This document shows, piece after piece, positions 13,201 to 25,200 of a stretch of 64,000 nt of DNA; position 1 is the first letter of the stretch; every line of letters begins with the position of its first letter. The notes beneath the pieces were generated by a model, which worked only from the letters and a program-made list of their open reading frames with translations, searched no databases and was not told the origin of the DNA. Origin of the DNA: Octopus sinensis (Eukaryota); contig NC_042997.1 in assembly GCF_006345805.1 (NCBI RefSeq), positions 100,440,001 through 100,504,000 of the forward strand, in the 5' to 3' direction. Position numbers and translations under genes: made by a program.

Positions 13201-16200
13201 TTAAATTTCATTTGAATAAGGGTTAAATTATTTTCTTTTAATTAATGAAGGCAAAAGATTTTTTAAATTTCATTAAAATAAGAACACAAATTTCAAAAAA
13301 CATCATATGAATGAATAATCTAGTGATTTATTTATGATTTGAGAAACAATCAAGAAAACAAATTTCATATACTGACTTGTTCTGGTGTTTTTCTGTCTGT
13401 CTTTGTGGATTTTACATTCGTACCTACAAAAAGAAAGTCAATAACAATTTTCTAAAAAAAAAAATTATTAAAAGCAACTGCATTGCTAAAAACAAAAACA
13501 ATACAAAAAATAACAAAAGGAACATTATCAACCTTATCTGTCACTACTGCCACCACCACCACTATTTTCATATACCGGTCATGCTTGCATAGAGAGAATA
13601 GATTTACAAAGTAGGATTTCTACATATCTCTCAATGTAGGATCATCTTGTTGGTGAAACTCAATGGCCTGAACCTAAGTTAACTTCTTTCTCCCAAGTCA
13701 CTCTTGGTCACAACTGCTTCCATAGCAACTTTCTTGCAGATAGCCTTTTATTGAACTCTAATTTGTGTTATGTCACCATTATTTTGTGGAAGTATATGGT
13801 CTAGGGAGTTGCATTCATGATTACAACATCATGGTTTTGATTCCTGAACACACAAACTCACACCTACATACACGTGCACACACATATGTATTTATTTATA
13901 TATACATAACTAGCCTCTTAAATCTCTTTAAATAGTGATGCCTGATATTCAAACATTCATGATGGCAATATCGTGGTTTTGATTCCTAGACAGGGCATTG
14001 CGACCCTGTGCAAAACACTTCATTTCACCTTGCTCCAGTCCGCTCAGCTGTAAAGGAGTAAATCTTTAACAGACTGGTGTCCTGTTCAAGGTGAGTGTAT
14101 GATCTTATTTATATGCAATGGAAACTGGGTAACCAACCCTATGAATTCCAGGACTTAAGACAGTTAATGTCCAAGGGATTGACATATACATTTATGCCAT
14201 TATAATATATCTGCTTCTTTTTTTTCTACCATGGTGGCATAGATTGGACAGGTTTGGTAGAGCATCTTGCTACTTGTTACAGTCCTTTGTCATCTTATAC
14301 ACACAAAAACAGAAAAATCTGACCACTTTTTGTTATGCATACTATAAATTTCAGCATGATTTTTACAACAGGATGCCAACCATTTATAGCAGGGATTCAG
14401 GATATTTTATCATGTCTCTAGTACTAAAGAAGTTGTCTGTGGTAGGACTAAAGAATTCCCCCTCTACTCTGTACAGATTTTATTCAGTATTACAGATCGT
14501 TTATATGAGTTTGGTTCAATGTGCTTTCAGAGTGGACATCCTCTCCATTATTTGTCAAATCATTCCAGACTTGGCAGAATTACAGAACTCTCTTGGCCTC
14601 TCTCATATCTGCATTGCATTTTACAACACAGATACATAGGAGTAAAATAAAAGCAAAATGATATATACTACAAAAACCTAGGAATGATTGACCTGAAAAT
14701 ACAACTAGATGAGAAATGCATGCATTTAAGGCTAGATAGAAATGTGTTAGTCTGAATAGTTATTGGATAGTTTACAACACTAACATAACCGGAATCAGAG
14801 CCTACTAGCTTGATGGGGATAAGTTGTGTGCTGAAGCAGGGCCCCATGAGTATAAGGACACAAACATGACACTTTTAGGACCTCACTTTTGCTGTAATGA
14901 ACAGATTTCATCAAACAGCAGAATGCCAATCATTTTGGTTCTTTGTCATCTCTACCATGAGACTCAATATTTTGTTACCAGCTGTCACTATTTCATCCTG
15001 TGTTTCCCTCTTCTCTTTTGCATACTACATCTGATGCCCCTTATACCCAACTTTTCTCTCAACACATTTACACTTTGTCATACATGCGCACAGCTATCAT
15101 AGAATACTAATTTCATTCATTTCTAATCTCTGCTTGTCCTCTGTATTCAGCACTCATGTCTCACTACCATATAACACTGCTGTTCATATGCAAACATTGT
15201 ACAATCTACCTTCGCAGAGAGAGACTTTTTCTGACCAACAGAGGTAATAAATCATTGAACTGTAAATTATCAAATGACTAGTAGCATAAAGTCATTATAA
15301 TGTTTCAATATCTTAGCAAGACACACAGTAGCAATGTTGCTGTTGTTGGTTAGCACTAAGTCACTCTTAATCAAGATCTATGATTAACCCTTTCGTTACC
15401 GTATTTATTTTGAGATGCTCTGTGTTTCTTTCAACTATTTTAAATATAACAATGAACTTAGAAAAATAACTTAGTTACCATTAAGCTTGTGTTAGGAACA
15501 TAAATTGTGACAAAGGTTTGGTGGAAGATTTTAATTCAAAACTTATGAAAACAAGACATTTGTACTACAGAGCCAGAGCTGGTTTCAGCTAGGTTGATAA
15601 CGAAAGGGTTAAAGGCAGTCCAGGCCATCCCAACTTTTTGAATATCTGGGAGTACATTAGTTTAATGTGCCCATACCACTTTTAAGATGGTATGGTTTGA
15701 TTTGAAGGTCATTTGGCAGCTATTCCTGGCAGGTTAAGAGGCCCCATAGATATTTACTCCTTATCTTCCACTGCCAATGTATACCAGAGAGATGATTACA
15801 TTAGAATGAGTAATTAATAAGAATGGATGATACTTTCTAATGAAAATATATGTAAAGATAAATTTAGATAACTTTGTCTCACTAAAACTAATCAATAAAT
15901 ATGTTTAATCCTTTAGCATTTAAACTGGCCATATCCGGTCAGAATATTCTACATGTTTTATGTTCAAACTGTCCAAATCTGGCCCCTTTCATCTACCCCA
16001 ATGTGTCATTTTAAAAAATATACAAGCCTATCATTGGAATCTTAGAGCTACAAGATAATGTATGATTAATTCAAAACAATCTGAATAAGCATTATATTTG
16101 ACAGAGTAATCTGAACGCTAAAGGGTTAATTTAATTTGATATTGGTTTTTAGTATTGTTTTGTATATGTTAAATTTCCACATTCTGCAGCAAACAGCATA

Positions 16201-16875
16201 TATTGAATAAAATCTTATAAAACTCGTACAATTCATGACATTATTCTTTAGAAGTTTACTTTATAAATTTTGTAATCTGATAATTTTGTGCATACACATT
16301 TGTTATTAAATATTCCGAAAGGTATACATTTTTAAATGATTTAAAGAGAAATATGAAAAATAAATATTCCCAAAATCAATTATAAAAGCAGTAATAACAG
16401 TAATATTTTCAAATGAATATTTGAAAATATTTAACTGATGCTACAAATAGAAAGGAAAGAATTCCTGTTCAAAGAAAGTGATTCAAATTGTAAAAACTAA
16501 AAGTATTTGCAGCAGATGAGTGGAATTTACATAAGAGAGATTAAACTCACATTTTTCTTTCAAGAAATGTACTCTTTCAGCATAATCTTTTATACGGCTG
16601 TCAATGTTTGGAATTCTCGAACCTTCTTCTTTGGCCATAAATAATGCTTGTATAGCTTCCTGGTATTCAAATAAGAGAACCATACAATGAAACATTTCTG
16701 AACAGAATTTAGAAAAATAAAAAATAATCAACTCTCAAAATAACTAGAGACTTACATTGTAGTAAAATATTGCAATATCATGTTGTGCAGTTTCATCAAA
16801 TTGGACAGCCGATTGAGCAAAAGTAGTTCCATCTCGTTCCAATGCCACACAAAATGCAGAAATTTGTTCATCCAT
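801..16875 (-). CDS. CAPN7: Calpain-7 (PalB-like) gene, 5' part; 9 coding exons, continues beyond the left edge of the window
   Basis: Exons 16875-16756, 16659-16551, 13423-13377, 10275-10159, 8421-8354, 7433-7197, 3597-3511, 2988-2862 and 886-801 all have AG/GT boundaries and join in frame. Translation: MDEQISAFCVALERDGTTFAQSAVQFDE...EAIQALFMAKEEG (MIT1)...FDVERAAFLVQQAFEEDEKENKEEAVELYTQAVELC (MIT2)...YSKEEINVLR...EYVPFMSVD...LSPKQ...[36 protein letters not shown]. This matches the recalled calpain-7 architecture, including the catalytic Cys motif. Confidence 0.95.
1552..1860 (+). mobile_element. Second tRNA-derived SINE family, degenerate
   Basis: TGGCTCAGTGGTTAGAGC A box and GTTTGATTTCC B-box-like motif, followed by a conserved gtgttgtgttctt...gctctagttcactcagctg body also seen near 400-450 and 14000-14050. 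Confidence 0.65.
1993..2375 (-). mobile_element. tRNA-derived SINE, main family, full length
   Basis: Head ggcacaggagtcgctgtgtggtaagtagc, central (CA/TA)n, tail gactgaaacaggtaaaagag. Further copies at 3971-4455, 45968-46367, 53969-54350 and 55270-55640, plus many fragments. Confidence 0.85.
2862..2988 (-). CDS. CAPN7: CAPN7 coding exon 8 (start of protease domain)
   Basis: tctacag|T GAT AAG...CGT CAG|gttaga; [42 protein letters not shown]. Confidence 0.93.
3511..3597 (-). CDS. CAPN7: CAPN7 coding exon 7
   Basis: ttttcag|G CAT TCT...ATG AC|gtaagt; HSSFINKKEYVPFMSVDKLERFAFPLPM. Confidence 0.92.
3971..4455 (-). mobile_element. tRNA-derived SINE, main family, with expanded (CA)n(TA)n
   Basis: Same body as 1993-2375; the internal microsatellite at 4183-4290 explains the HTHT/IYIY ORFs. 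Confidence 0.85.
5664..6250 (-). mobile_element. RTE 3' UTR insertion (young copy)
   Basis: The (TGA)n tail reads catcatcatc on the plus strand; near-identical to 25728-26237 over about 500 bp. Confidence 0.8.
7197..7433 (-). CDS. CAPN7: CAPN7 coding exon 6
   Basis: tttgtatag|G GCT GAG...GTA TTG AG|gtgatg; AEILKGCKK...GVYSKEEINVLR. Confidence 0.88.
8354..8421 (-). CDS. CAPN7: CAPN7 coding exon 5
   Basis: ggttgcag|CGT CAA GAA...AAC AG|gtatag; RQETSDVPLQDRVTNLAKQALNR. Confidence 0.88.
9415..9635 (+). mobile_element. piggyBac-like MITE, family A
   Basis: TTAA|CCCTTTCATTAC...GTAATGAAAGGG|TTAA. A second copy is in reverse orientation at 15388-15608. Confidence 0.8.
9640..9856 (+). mobile_element. 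piggyBac-like MITE, family B
   Basis: TTAA|CCCCTAGCATT...AATGCCAAAGGG|TTAA. Other copies at 15909-16125, 45453-45668, 56081-56301 and 61926-62391. Confidence 0.8.
10159..10275 (-). CDS. CAPN7: CAPN7 coding exon 4 (MIT2)
   Basis: ttcttatag|TTT GAT GTA GAG...AAA GTT|gtaaga; FDVERAAFLVQQAFEEDEKENKEEAVELYTQAVELCIKV. Confidence 0.93.
10901..11310. repeat. 42-bp minisatellite, about 9.6 units
   Basis: Consensus GCAAAGTGGCCGAGTTCCTTTTGAGCATTGGGCCTCACAGAG; unit starts at 10901, 10946, 10988, 11030, 11072, 11114, 11156, 11198, 11240, 11265 and 11307. Confidence 0.95.
11290..11567 (+). mobile_element. 5'-truncated RTE 3' end
   Basis: attgggcctcacagaggcaatgacc...gacctttgg...gcttgagaag matches the ORF end at 63480-63535; ends in a tgatgac tail. 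Confidence 0.75.
12227..12534 (+). mobile_element. tRNA-derived SINE with intact TSD
   Basis: A box TGGCCCAGTGG and B-box-like GGTTTCAATTCC; 13-bp TSD AGTGATAACCTGA at 12214-12226 and 12535-12547. Confidence 0.85.
13377..13423 (-). CDS. CAPN7: CAPN7 coding exon 3 (47-nt linker exon)
   Basis: ctttttgtag|GT ACG AAT...GAA CAA|gtcagt. A 3n+2 exon is needed to join phase-1 exon 2 to phase-0 exon 4, and this one fits: (C)TNVKSTKTDRKTPEQ. It is absent from the ORF track. Confidence 0.75.
14990..15215 (-). mobile_element. RTE RT C-terminal remnant
   Basis: GRLYNVCI*TAVLYGSET...LREKLGIRGIRC, with stops. A similar remnant is on the plus strand at about 47090-47400. Confidence 0.65.
16551..16659 (-). 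CDS. CAPN7: CAPN7 coding exon 2 (MIT1 C-terminal half)
   Basis: taccag|GAA GCT ATA CAA...GAA AAA T|gtgagt; EAIQALFMAKEEGSRIPNIDSRIKDYAERVHFLKEK. Confidence 0.92.
16756..16875 (-). CDS. CAPN7: CAPN7 first coding exon (MIT1 N-terminal half)
   Basis: ttcttcag|aATG GAT GAA...TAC TAC AAT|gtaagt; 40 codons. Confidence 0.9.
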
Positions 16876-18920
16876 TCTGAAGAAAAATCATCTTTAAATC
16901 AGGATTGTCATATGCAAGAAAATAAACAATTCATAATGATTTTTATATTAAAACAAAGAAAAAAAATGAAACATTGAGACAATGAATATAACGTTAAGTT
17001 TGGCATTAAATTACCAAATAACTCACTTGGTGGAAAACTGTCTAATTCCTTATTCATAATGAAAAAAAAAATAACTGCTTTTTGTGCTTTTAAAGATGCT
17101 TAATTGAAAAGTTTATTCTAAGCTTATAATCTTTGGAAATAATGATATTGGAAGTCTTAAGATTGGTGGAAGCATGAATGTGAATACCAGACAATAAGAA
17201 AATGAATTGAAATTTATCTAGTATTACTGTATTTCCAGCATACAAGTTTAACATAGTATACAGTGTAAACATGTAGTGTAAGTATCCAAACATTGTCCCT
17301 ATCTTTACAAATCCTGCTGCAGTTCACTTGGAATTTTTCATCCTCCAAAGTTATCTTGATGTATAAGTCAATTTAATTATTTCAGTTGTAAATTTTGCTC
17401 TGAAAAATTTTACTTGTATGCCAGAAAATACAGTATCACTTTCATTACCTTTTCAAAAAGCAGTTTACTGAAATTTACTTGCTGACTGATGACTATATAT
17501 TCTAAATATTTTATACTATGAGTTCTCTATAAATTTTATAAAATCCTCAATAAGAGAGATCATGTGTTCCCTTATGAATTAAATCTACAATCAGTAATCA
17601 TCCATACATATAAACAGACACTAAACTGACAAAATTGTTAAAGTGACAAACAAAATACCACACAGTATTTATTCTGACCCTCTGTGCTCTCATTTCAAAT
17701 CCTATCAAAGTCAACTTTGTTTTACCATCATTTCAGGGTCAATTAAAAACTACCAATCCACCAACTCTGGATTGGTACAAGTGTAAGAATGCTGTTTGTA
17801 ATGAATGCCTTGAGGTATTTTTTTCCAGTTCTTTGCATTGTGAATTCAAATTTCATGATAGCTTGTTTAAGTTGTAGACCCAATCTGTTACATGGTTTAA
17901 CACTGCCACCTGTTGCGAGTATTCAGATCAAGTCTCTGGTTTGAAGATCTTCTTCCTATCAGTCTTGGAGACCCTGTAAATTTTCATAGGAATTACCCTT
18001 CCTTTATAACAGGAAATAATAAAATAAAATCACATATACGGAAATGTAGTTGATTACTCAGTTTAAACCTGAGATCCTTAATTCGTATCTAATCTATTTT
18101 TTCAGAGTTCTCTTAAGTTTCTTATTCTTGACTTATGATAATAGATTTTATTCTTCACTAAAGGTTTGCTGTATCCTTGATATAATCTTTATTCACAAAT
18201 TTGTTCATTTTTTTTAGGTATGCTGTTAATTTTTATAAATTGGGTTACAATTGACCAATTCAACTGCAACATATTACTGGTACTTATTTTATTGGCTCTG
18301 AGGAAGTGAGAAAGTTAATTTTCACAGGATTTGATCCCAAAGCCTAGAAGACGAAACTCAAGAATTTATTTCTATTTTCATTTTATTTTTTCTAAGATAA
18401 TATGGAACTTTTCTAAATATTTATTGGTTATTTCAGCTTATAAATTTTCCATAGTATCAACAAAGTTTTCATTTTCTTCTTCTACAGCATAGAAATCAAT
18501 TATATCAGTACGTTCCTTTTTATATTTTTTTTAAATTAGGGTTTTTTTAAGGAATACTTTTGTTTTTAGCTTAGATTTTTTAAAAGAAATATCTATTGTC
18601 ATAGTTATCTAAGTTCTGGCCGAGAAATCTGCGATATGAAAAAGTTACTTTTAAAGTTTTTCTTCGCTTAGTTGCTAATGACCTTGTGAAAGGCATGAAC
18701 ACCATCTAATCTCTTTTCTTTTCTCCAATAAAATGCAAATTTTCTATATTACATAAATATATGGCAGTAAACGTCTCTTTTAATACATGGTACCAACGTT
18801 CGAATGTTGTTTTTTTTTGCTCTTTTGTTTTTATATATAGCCTTCAATTTATATTTTAAAACATCTTAGAGGAAACTTAGTTCCTCGTCAGCATGATCGA
18901 TTTTTTTTTTTTGTCTTTAC

Positions 18921-19150
18921 TTCAATCCTTATTCTGAAAAACTTCCAGAATTACTCGAAATCGTAATTATTGTTATTCGTGATTTAAATGGATAATTAAT
19001 AAAACAAAAAAAGAAACTTTGTAGAAAACTATCAAAAATAATAATCAGGAAATGTTACTCCTATCAATTATATTCGCTAATGTAACTAAGTTTAACTTTC
19101 GGTCTCTCTCACTCTCTCTCTCTCGAATTAATTTACAAGCATGTGACAAT
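18921..19150 (-). promoter_or_regulatory. Probable CAPN7 non-coding first exon / promoter region
   Basis: The CAPN7 ATG is 1 nt after a splice acceptor, so an upstream UTR exon is expected. Candidate donor gaa|gtaaag at 18920, and CpG is locally more frequent here. Upstream boundary is approximate. Confidence 0.35.
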
Positions 19151-21499
19151 TGTCATTATTATTTATATAATAAGCGTAATTAAACTGTTTCCAGCACAAT
19201 AAAGCTAATGAAAGAAGACATATGGTATTACCTAGAGTCAATCAACAGATCTTTCTCGGAATCGTAAACAATCACGTATTTAAAGGCAGTAATTGCATTT
19301 CAGGCAACTTCGATTATGTTTATGTTGTCATTCTTTAAGTGAATTCTAAGAAATAATAATCTTTGTAGAGTCATGGTATACAAAGAAAATTATTTGCAAC
19401 AGGGATACTATTGACAACGTGAAAAATAAATTAAAAAAACTAAAATAATTAAAAACTATAATAACGATAAATTGAAACTGCTATATAGCAAGTCCTGAAT
19501 CCATAACAAATAGTTAACTACCTTCTCTTTAAGAGAGTTCATATGGTGAAGAAACATAACCTATCTGTCGACATCGATATTACTTTTCATTTAAACAAAA
19601 ATATTGGAAGATTCGTTATGTGAGATCGATAAATTCTTCCACTATAATTTTATTGACATCTAGAATGCATTATATGACACCAAATTAGCACTTGTTCATC
19701 TTTTCCTCTCCTAACAGCATTAGGTTTAGGGAATTAAAGCTACCTTTCGAGAATGGTGTATAGGGAGCTAGGCTAATACCCATTCAAGATATTAGTCTTT
19801 AAGGATCTAGGCAAGCACCCATAGGAGGTGGTAATAGGCAAGAGCTGCTGTGCATGAATTGCTTACTAGATGCCATCATAGCAAAATATATAAAGCACTC
19901 TCGAACTTGCCGGATAGTGGGTGAGAACGAACGTGTGCCTATTATAACGATTTGAGTACTTGATTGGAACTTTATTTTATCGATCTGTAAAGGATTAAAG
20001 TTTGTTTCGAAAAGATGAGAACTCAGTATAAAAGGCTGTAAGGAAAATAGGCGTTTTGGAGCAGCTCTCTAACGATTCGACCAGTTCATTCTAATATAAA
20101 CACGAGGAAGATTAAAGGTGTGGATAATTTCAGTAGTCATTATTCGCCGTTCCTGTTGATTTTTTTCAAATAATCTACCTACAAACAATTGTGGAAGGAA
20201 AGATTGGTAAATATTCCTTCAATGCCACATGTGAAGATAGAACCAGCGAAAATTTTACCCTCATTGAAAGAGTAAAGATATCTTAATCGACTTGAATTTA
20301 GCCCAACCAGAGACACCAAAGGAAAGTCCTTTTCTGATGCGGCACAATACAAACTGTCACCAGCTGGTTTACCTATTATTGGATCCTCCTTATCTGGATG
20401 ATGTTCAAAATTGTCTTTCAAATAAGTGTGAAGTGGAGCGTTGATATGAGCATGAAATAATTTAAGTAAAACAAATTAAGATTAGAATAGGAAAAATTTA
20501 CCAATCAAGGCTGAGGGCACAAAAGAATGTGAAAGTGATATTCAAGTACCAAACTTTAATCAGCAACAAAGAACTGTTACTTGAGAAAATTTTAAATAAT
20601 TTCTAGTTGATAATTATTGTCTGAATAAACCATTCTATGATAATGTAATATGAAGTATAAAAACAAGCGTGATAATTAATATAGGAATCCTTTGTGTTAT
20701 ACGAGCAATATGTTCTTGGAAAACTTCCCATATTGCAAAAATAATTTCTCATTGATTTTGATATTATAAAATGATAATACATTACAAAAGATTTGTTGCA
20801 AAATAAAAGCAACATGACCACTTTTATTCATGAAAATAACAACTTCTAAAATATTCAGTACAATATTTATGTATACATGAAAACATTTGAAGAGAAATAT
20901 GTTTGGGAATAAATAAGAATAGGATATGTTCTTACCAAAGAAGTTGACTGCTGTGAAGGATGATGGGTGGTGTAGAATATCCAAAATTGTTTGGTGTTTA
21001 TGATGCATCATCCTTTTGTATAGCTTAGTAGAGGAACTGGGTTTATTGCGAACACCCCTTGTATTTTTTATACTACATTCATGATTGGGGTTGTTATCAG
21101 CAAAACTTTGCAGATTTTGCTCCATAATTGCAAACCTTAAGCAGTGTTCTTTGTTTAAGTAGGGATTGGTAGAATTTCCATTTTCTCATTTGTGTTCTCA
21201 GCTTACTCTTCTAACTGTATTGGCTCCCTGTTGGACAATTTTCTCTATGGAACATTAGCTACTCAATCCCATCAGCCTACATGATGTCTTCAAATCTCAC
21301 ATCATCTGCAAGTGTCATGGTATCTTTCTAAATTTGATATAGACTTCCTCCTTGTGGAAAAACTCAAAATCATGGATACAATCTGTCTATATATTTTTCC
21401 AGGCACCCTTCAAAGCTAGAGGTTTCACTTCATCCCATGACTCAGCTATTGTTATCCATATCTTCCATTATGCTGAACTTCTAGAAGGCGTAGGAGTGG

Positions 21500-22240
21500 C
21501 TGTGTGATGTGAGAACAATGGTGTTGAGGATGTATTTTAGGTCTCTCAACACCATCACTGTGTTCTCGCAGACAGAAATAGAAAAGGAGTTGGCAGAATA
21601 CCTGCCAACTATTAAATTTATTGCAAGAGATATCAAATACACAACGGTGTGGTTGCTGTTTGATACCCCTGCAGAGGCTCAAGAATTTGAGAGCCAACCA
21701 TTGGAGGGGGAGAAAATTCTGTTTCTCCCCACATATGAAGGCAGAAGATTGACAAGAGCTTGGGTGTGTGAGCTACCACCTGGAATAGAGCCTGAATGGT
21801 TAGAAGACATTATCTGTTAGGGTCTGGGTGGCAGCCAGGCCAGGCTCTTGAATGTCAGAATTCTGACTGTGGCTGATTGGGTGGGGTCGAAAGCAATTTT
21901 GACCCTATGGATCCAATCAGCTGATGATCTGGTTTTGCCAGATTTTTTAACAATGGCCAGTTCCAGGTACCCAGGGATCCTTGAACGACGCCCCCCCCCA
22001 AAGTGTCACTGTGTCTGGAATTGGGCCACATAAAGAAAAACTGCTGCTGGGACCAAGCAAAGGTCCTGGAACAGTTAATAGAAGAGCCCCTTGCTCCCCC
22101 ATTGGAGGGGGAGGGAGAGAGAGAGGAAGTTGAGGGGGAGACAGCCCCATCGAAAAAGAAAGGGAGGAAAAGAAAGAAGGTGGGCAACAATGGTTGCCCA
22201 TCAATGGATCCTAAGGTGGAAAACTTATTGAATAACCGTT
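21500..22240 (+). mobile_element. LINE ORF1 fragment, diverged relative of 51823-52607
   Basis: FLPTYEGRR...ERRPPPKC then CLELGHIKKNC (broken knuckle); one stop and a frameshift. Parallels LLPTYCGKH...EGRPPICF in the other copy. Confidence 0.65.
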
Positions 22241-22574
22241 TCGAACTGGGAGTATCTTGTATACATTGTGCTACCCGTACATTTAAGTATTTTAAATAAT
22301 AACATTCTGACCATTGCTAAATTTTCAAATGCTAATATTTTATAACCAAATAAAAATTAATATACCATACTAGCTTTTATTCAACCTGCATAGATTACTA
22401 AGAAATTTCATTATGTATATAAATCTGAATATATGAAATTAGAATTTTTTTTTTTCTTTTTGATACTCTCCTATATTGGAAAGAAAAAAATTCTATATAT
22501 CTAGGGAAATTACTTGGTTCATCTTGATTACCTCCCCTCCATTACTTTTTAATATATATTATTGACTCCTGATA

Positions 22575-23528
22575 TCTTCTTTATATATAAAAGTGAAGTT
22601 GTGTGTCTGTCTCCTACGATTTAGATTCCTAACTACTCCCACATTTTGCGGTGCAGTGTTACTAAAAGCGGGTATCTTATAGTCGTGATTCATATCGAGT
22701 CTACGATTTAAAAAAAAATTTACCATAATTTTTTCCCATTTTAATGCATTTTTTTGCTATTATATAAGGGAAGTAACTCTCTAAAAATGTATTATTAAAT
22801 CTCAGAACATAAAAAGCTACAGTAACACCCCCTTTGTGGTTAGCCATATTGAGATGGCTATTATACTTTACATCTCTAAAAATGCTTATATAGTTATTTC
22901 CCTTACAAACCCGAGCAACGCCGGGTGATACTGCTAGTCTTTATATATAAAAGTCAAGTTGTGTGTCTGTCTCCAACGATTTAGATTCCTAACTACTCCC
23001 ACATTTTGCGGTGCAGTGTAAGCAAAAGCGGGTATCTTATAGTCGTGATTCATATCGATCCCTTCTGGGTATTTGCGCGCATCTACGATGAGTCTACGAT
23101 TTAAAAAAAAATTTACCATCATTTTTTTCCATTTGAATGCATTTTTTCGCTATTATATAAGGGAAGTAACTCTCTAAAAATGTCTACGATGAGTCAACGA
23201 TTTAAAAAAAAATTTACCATCATTTTTTTCCATTTGAATGCATTTTTTCGCCTTTATATAAGGGAAGTAACTCTCTAAAAATGTCTACGATGAGTCAACG
23301 ATTTAAAAAAAAATTTACCATCATTTTTTTCCATTTGAATGCATTTTTTCGCTATTATATAAGGGAAGTAACTCTCTAAAAATGTCTACGATGAGTCAAC
23401 GATTTAAAAAAAAATTTACCATCGTTTTTTTTCCATTTTTAATGCATTTTTTTGCTATTTTTTGGCTATAACTCTCTAAAAATGCTTATATAGTTATTTC
23501 CCTTACAAACCCCGGGCGATACTGCTAG
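22575..23528 (+). mobile_element. Non-autonomous Helitron, head-to-tail dimer (22575-22937 and 22938-23528)
   Basis: 5' TC, 3' CTAG preceded by hairpin CCCGAGCAACGCCGGG, inserted between A and T with no TSD. A paralogous empty site is at 23768-23789. The second copy holds about 3.7 internal 101-bp repeats. Confidence 0.85.
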
Positions 23529-24621
23529 TATTTACTAAATTGATAAAACTTTTCTCCACGGGTAGTAAATATTATGTCTAACATATTCTTTTAATTCGAC
23601 TCATTAATAAAACAAATCACCATTTACTAGCTAATTATGATTCTATATTAATGGAAATGGGGATATATAAATATGGAATAATCACAAATAATTCTATATA
23701 TCTAGAGAAATTACTTGGTTCATCTTGATTACCCCCCCTTCCATTACTTTTTAATATATCTTATTAACTCCTGATATATGTACTAAATTAATGTTTTTTC
23801 CACAGTTAGTAAATATTATGTCTAACATTTTCTTTTAATTCAACTCATTAAAATAATCATCAGTTACTAGCTAATTATGATTATATATTAATGGAAATGG
23901 ATATATATATATTTATATAAATATGAAATGATTTCTATATTTTCTATCCCTATATAAGATATTAATGTTTATTGAAATCATTTAGAAAATTGTCTAAAGA
24001 ATATTTACTTAAATTTCTTAATATAGAATCTGGATGTCAAATGGTAAGAGACATTAAAACCTCTAGAGCACTAGTAATCTATGTTCCCCTAGCCCTCTAA
24101 CTTCAACATACTAGCTTTTTGCTATTGTGCATTCAAATGTATCTGGCCTGGGTTCCTCAGAATGGAAATAGGTTTATGGTTTTGACATTTGTTCTACCCC
24201 TTCCTATATCTATAAATAGAAAAATTCTTTGTCTCCATCCAACCAAAAATAAAATCACCCTCCCCACTGACAGATCTAAATAACAAAGTGAAAAAATCTA
24301 CAGTCAGAGAGTAAATTTACTACTATCATGTTCTTAAGAATGAAATCAACCTCTCTCTCTATATATCTACCCTCTTTATAATGTTGGCAAACGAAATAGA
24401 GATAAGAATGTGCATTGTCCATTTGATTGGGAAATTTCTCTAAGTGGCTGAAGATTGCTCGACATTTTAAAACTGATGTAATACTTAGTGTTTAATAAAA
24501 TGAAGTAGCATAAAACAATTGTACCACTCTAACTTGGATATACTTATTGCTTATTTGGACACACACACACACACACATACACACACACACACATACACAC
24601 ACACACACATACACACACACA

Positions 24622-24660
<39 letters not shown>

Positions 24661-24685
24661 ACACACACACACATATATATATCAA

Positions 24686-25200
24686 CATCATCATTTAATG
24701 TTTGTCGTCCATGTTGGCATAGGTTAGATGGTTTGGCCAGTACTGGTAAGCTAAAAGGCTGCACCAGTCTCCAGTCTGTTTTGGCATGATTTCTATGGCT
24801 GGATGCCCTTCCTAATGCCAATGACTCTGAAAGTGTAATGGGTGCTTTTATGTGTCAGTTGCATGGCACTAGTATCTGTTGTAACTACGATTCCACTTGG
24901 CTTGATGGATCTTCTTTTCAAGCATGGCATATTGCCAAAGGTCTCAGTCATTTGTCATTGCCTCTGTGAGGCCGAACACTCAAAACATTCTTTTTATGTG
25001 TTACTGCCATGGGTGCTTGTTACGTGACACTAGCATTGGCCACACTGCCGCCATGGCCCAACACTCCAAAGGTGCTTTTTATGTGCCACTGGCACAGGTG
25101 CTACCCACCAGCATTGGCCATTATGCCTCCATGAGGCCCAACACTTGAAAGTTGTCTTTTTATGTGCCATCGGCATGGGTGTTAGTTACATGACACCAGG
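24686..25200 (-). mobile_element. RTE 3' UTR, older copy
   Basis: catcatcatttaatg tail and ggatgcccttcctaatgcc core. Further copies at about 1-365, 7620-7895, 31670-31900, 32272-32535, 32990-33200, 34030-34135, 36285-36460 and 38555-39060. Confidence 0.7.

Noticed and set aside
18870-18900. CUGACGA on the minus strand (also near 40815)
   Set aside because: No GAAA box follows the adjacent stem in either case.
23082-23470. 101-bp repeats as a CRISPR array or iterons
   Set aside because: They are whole-unit tandem copies inside a Helitron, with no spacers.
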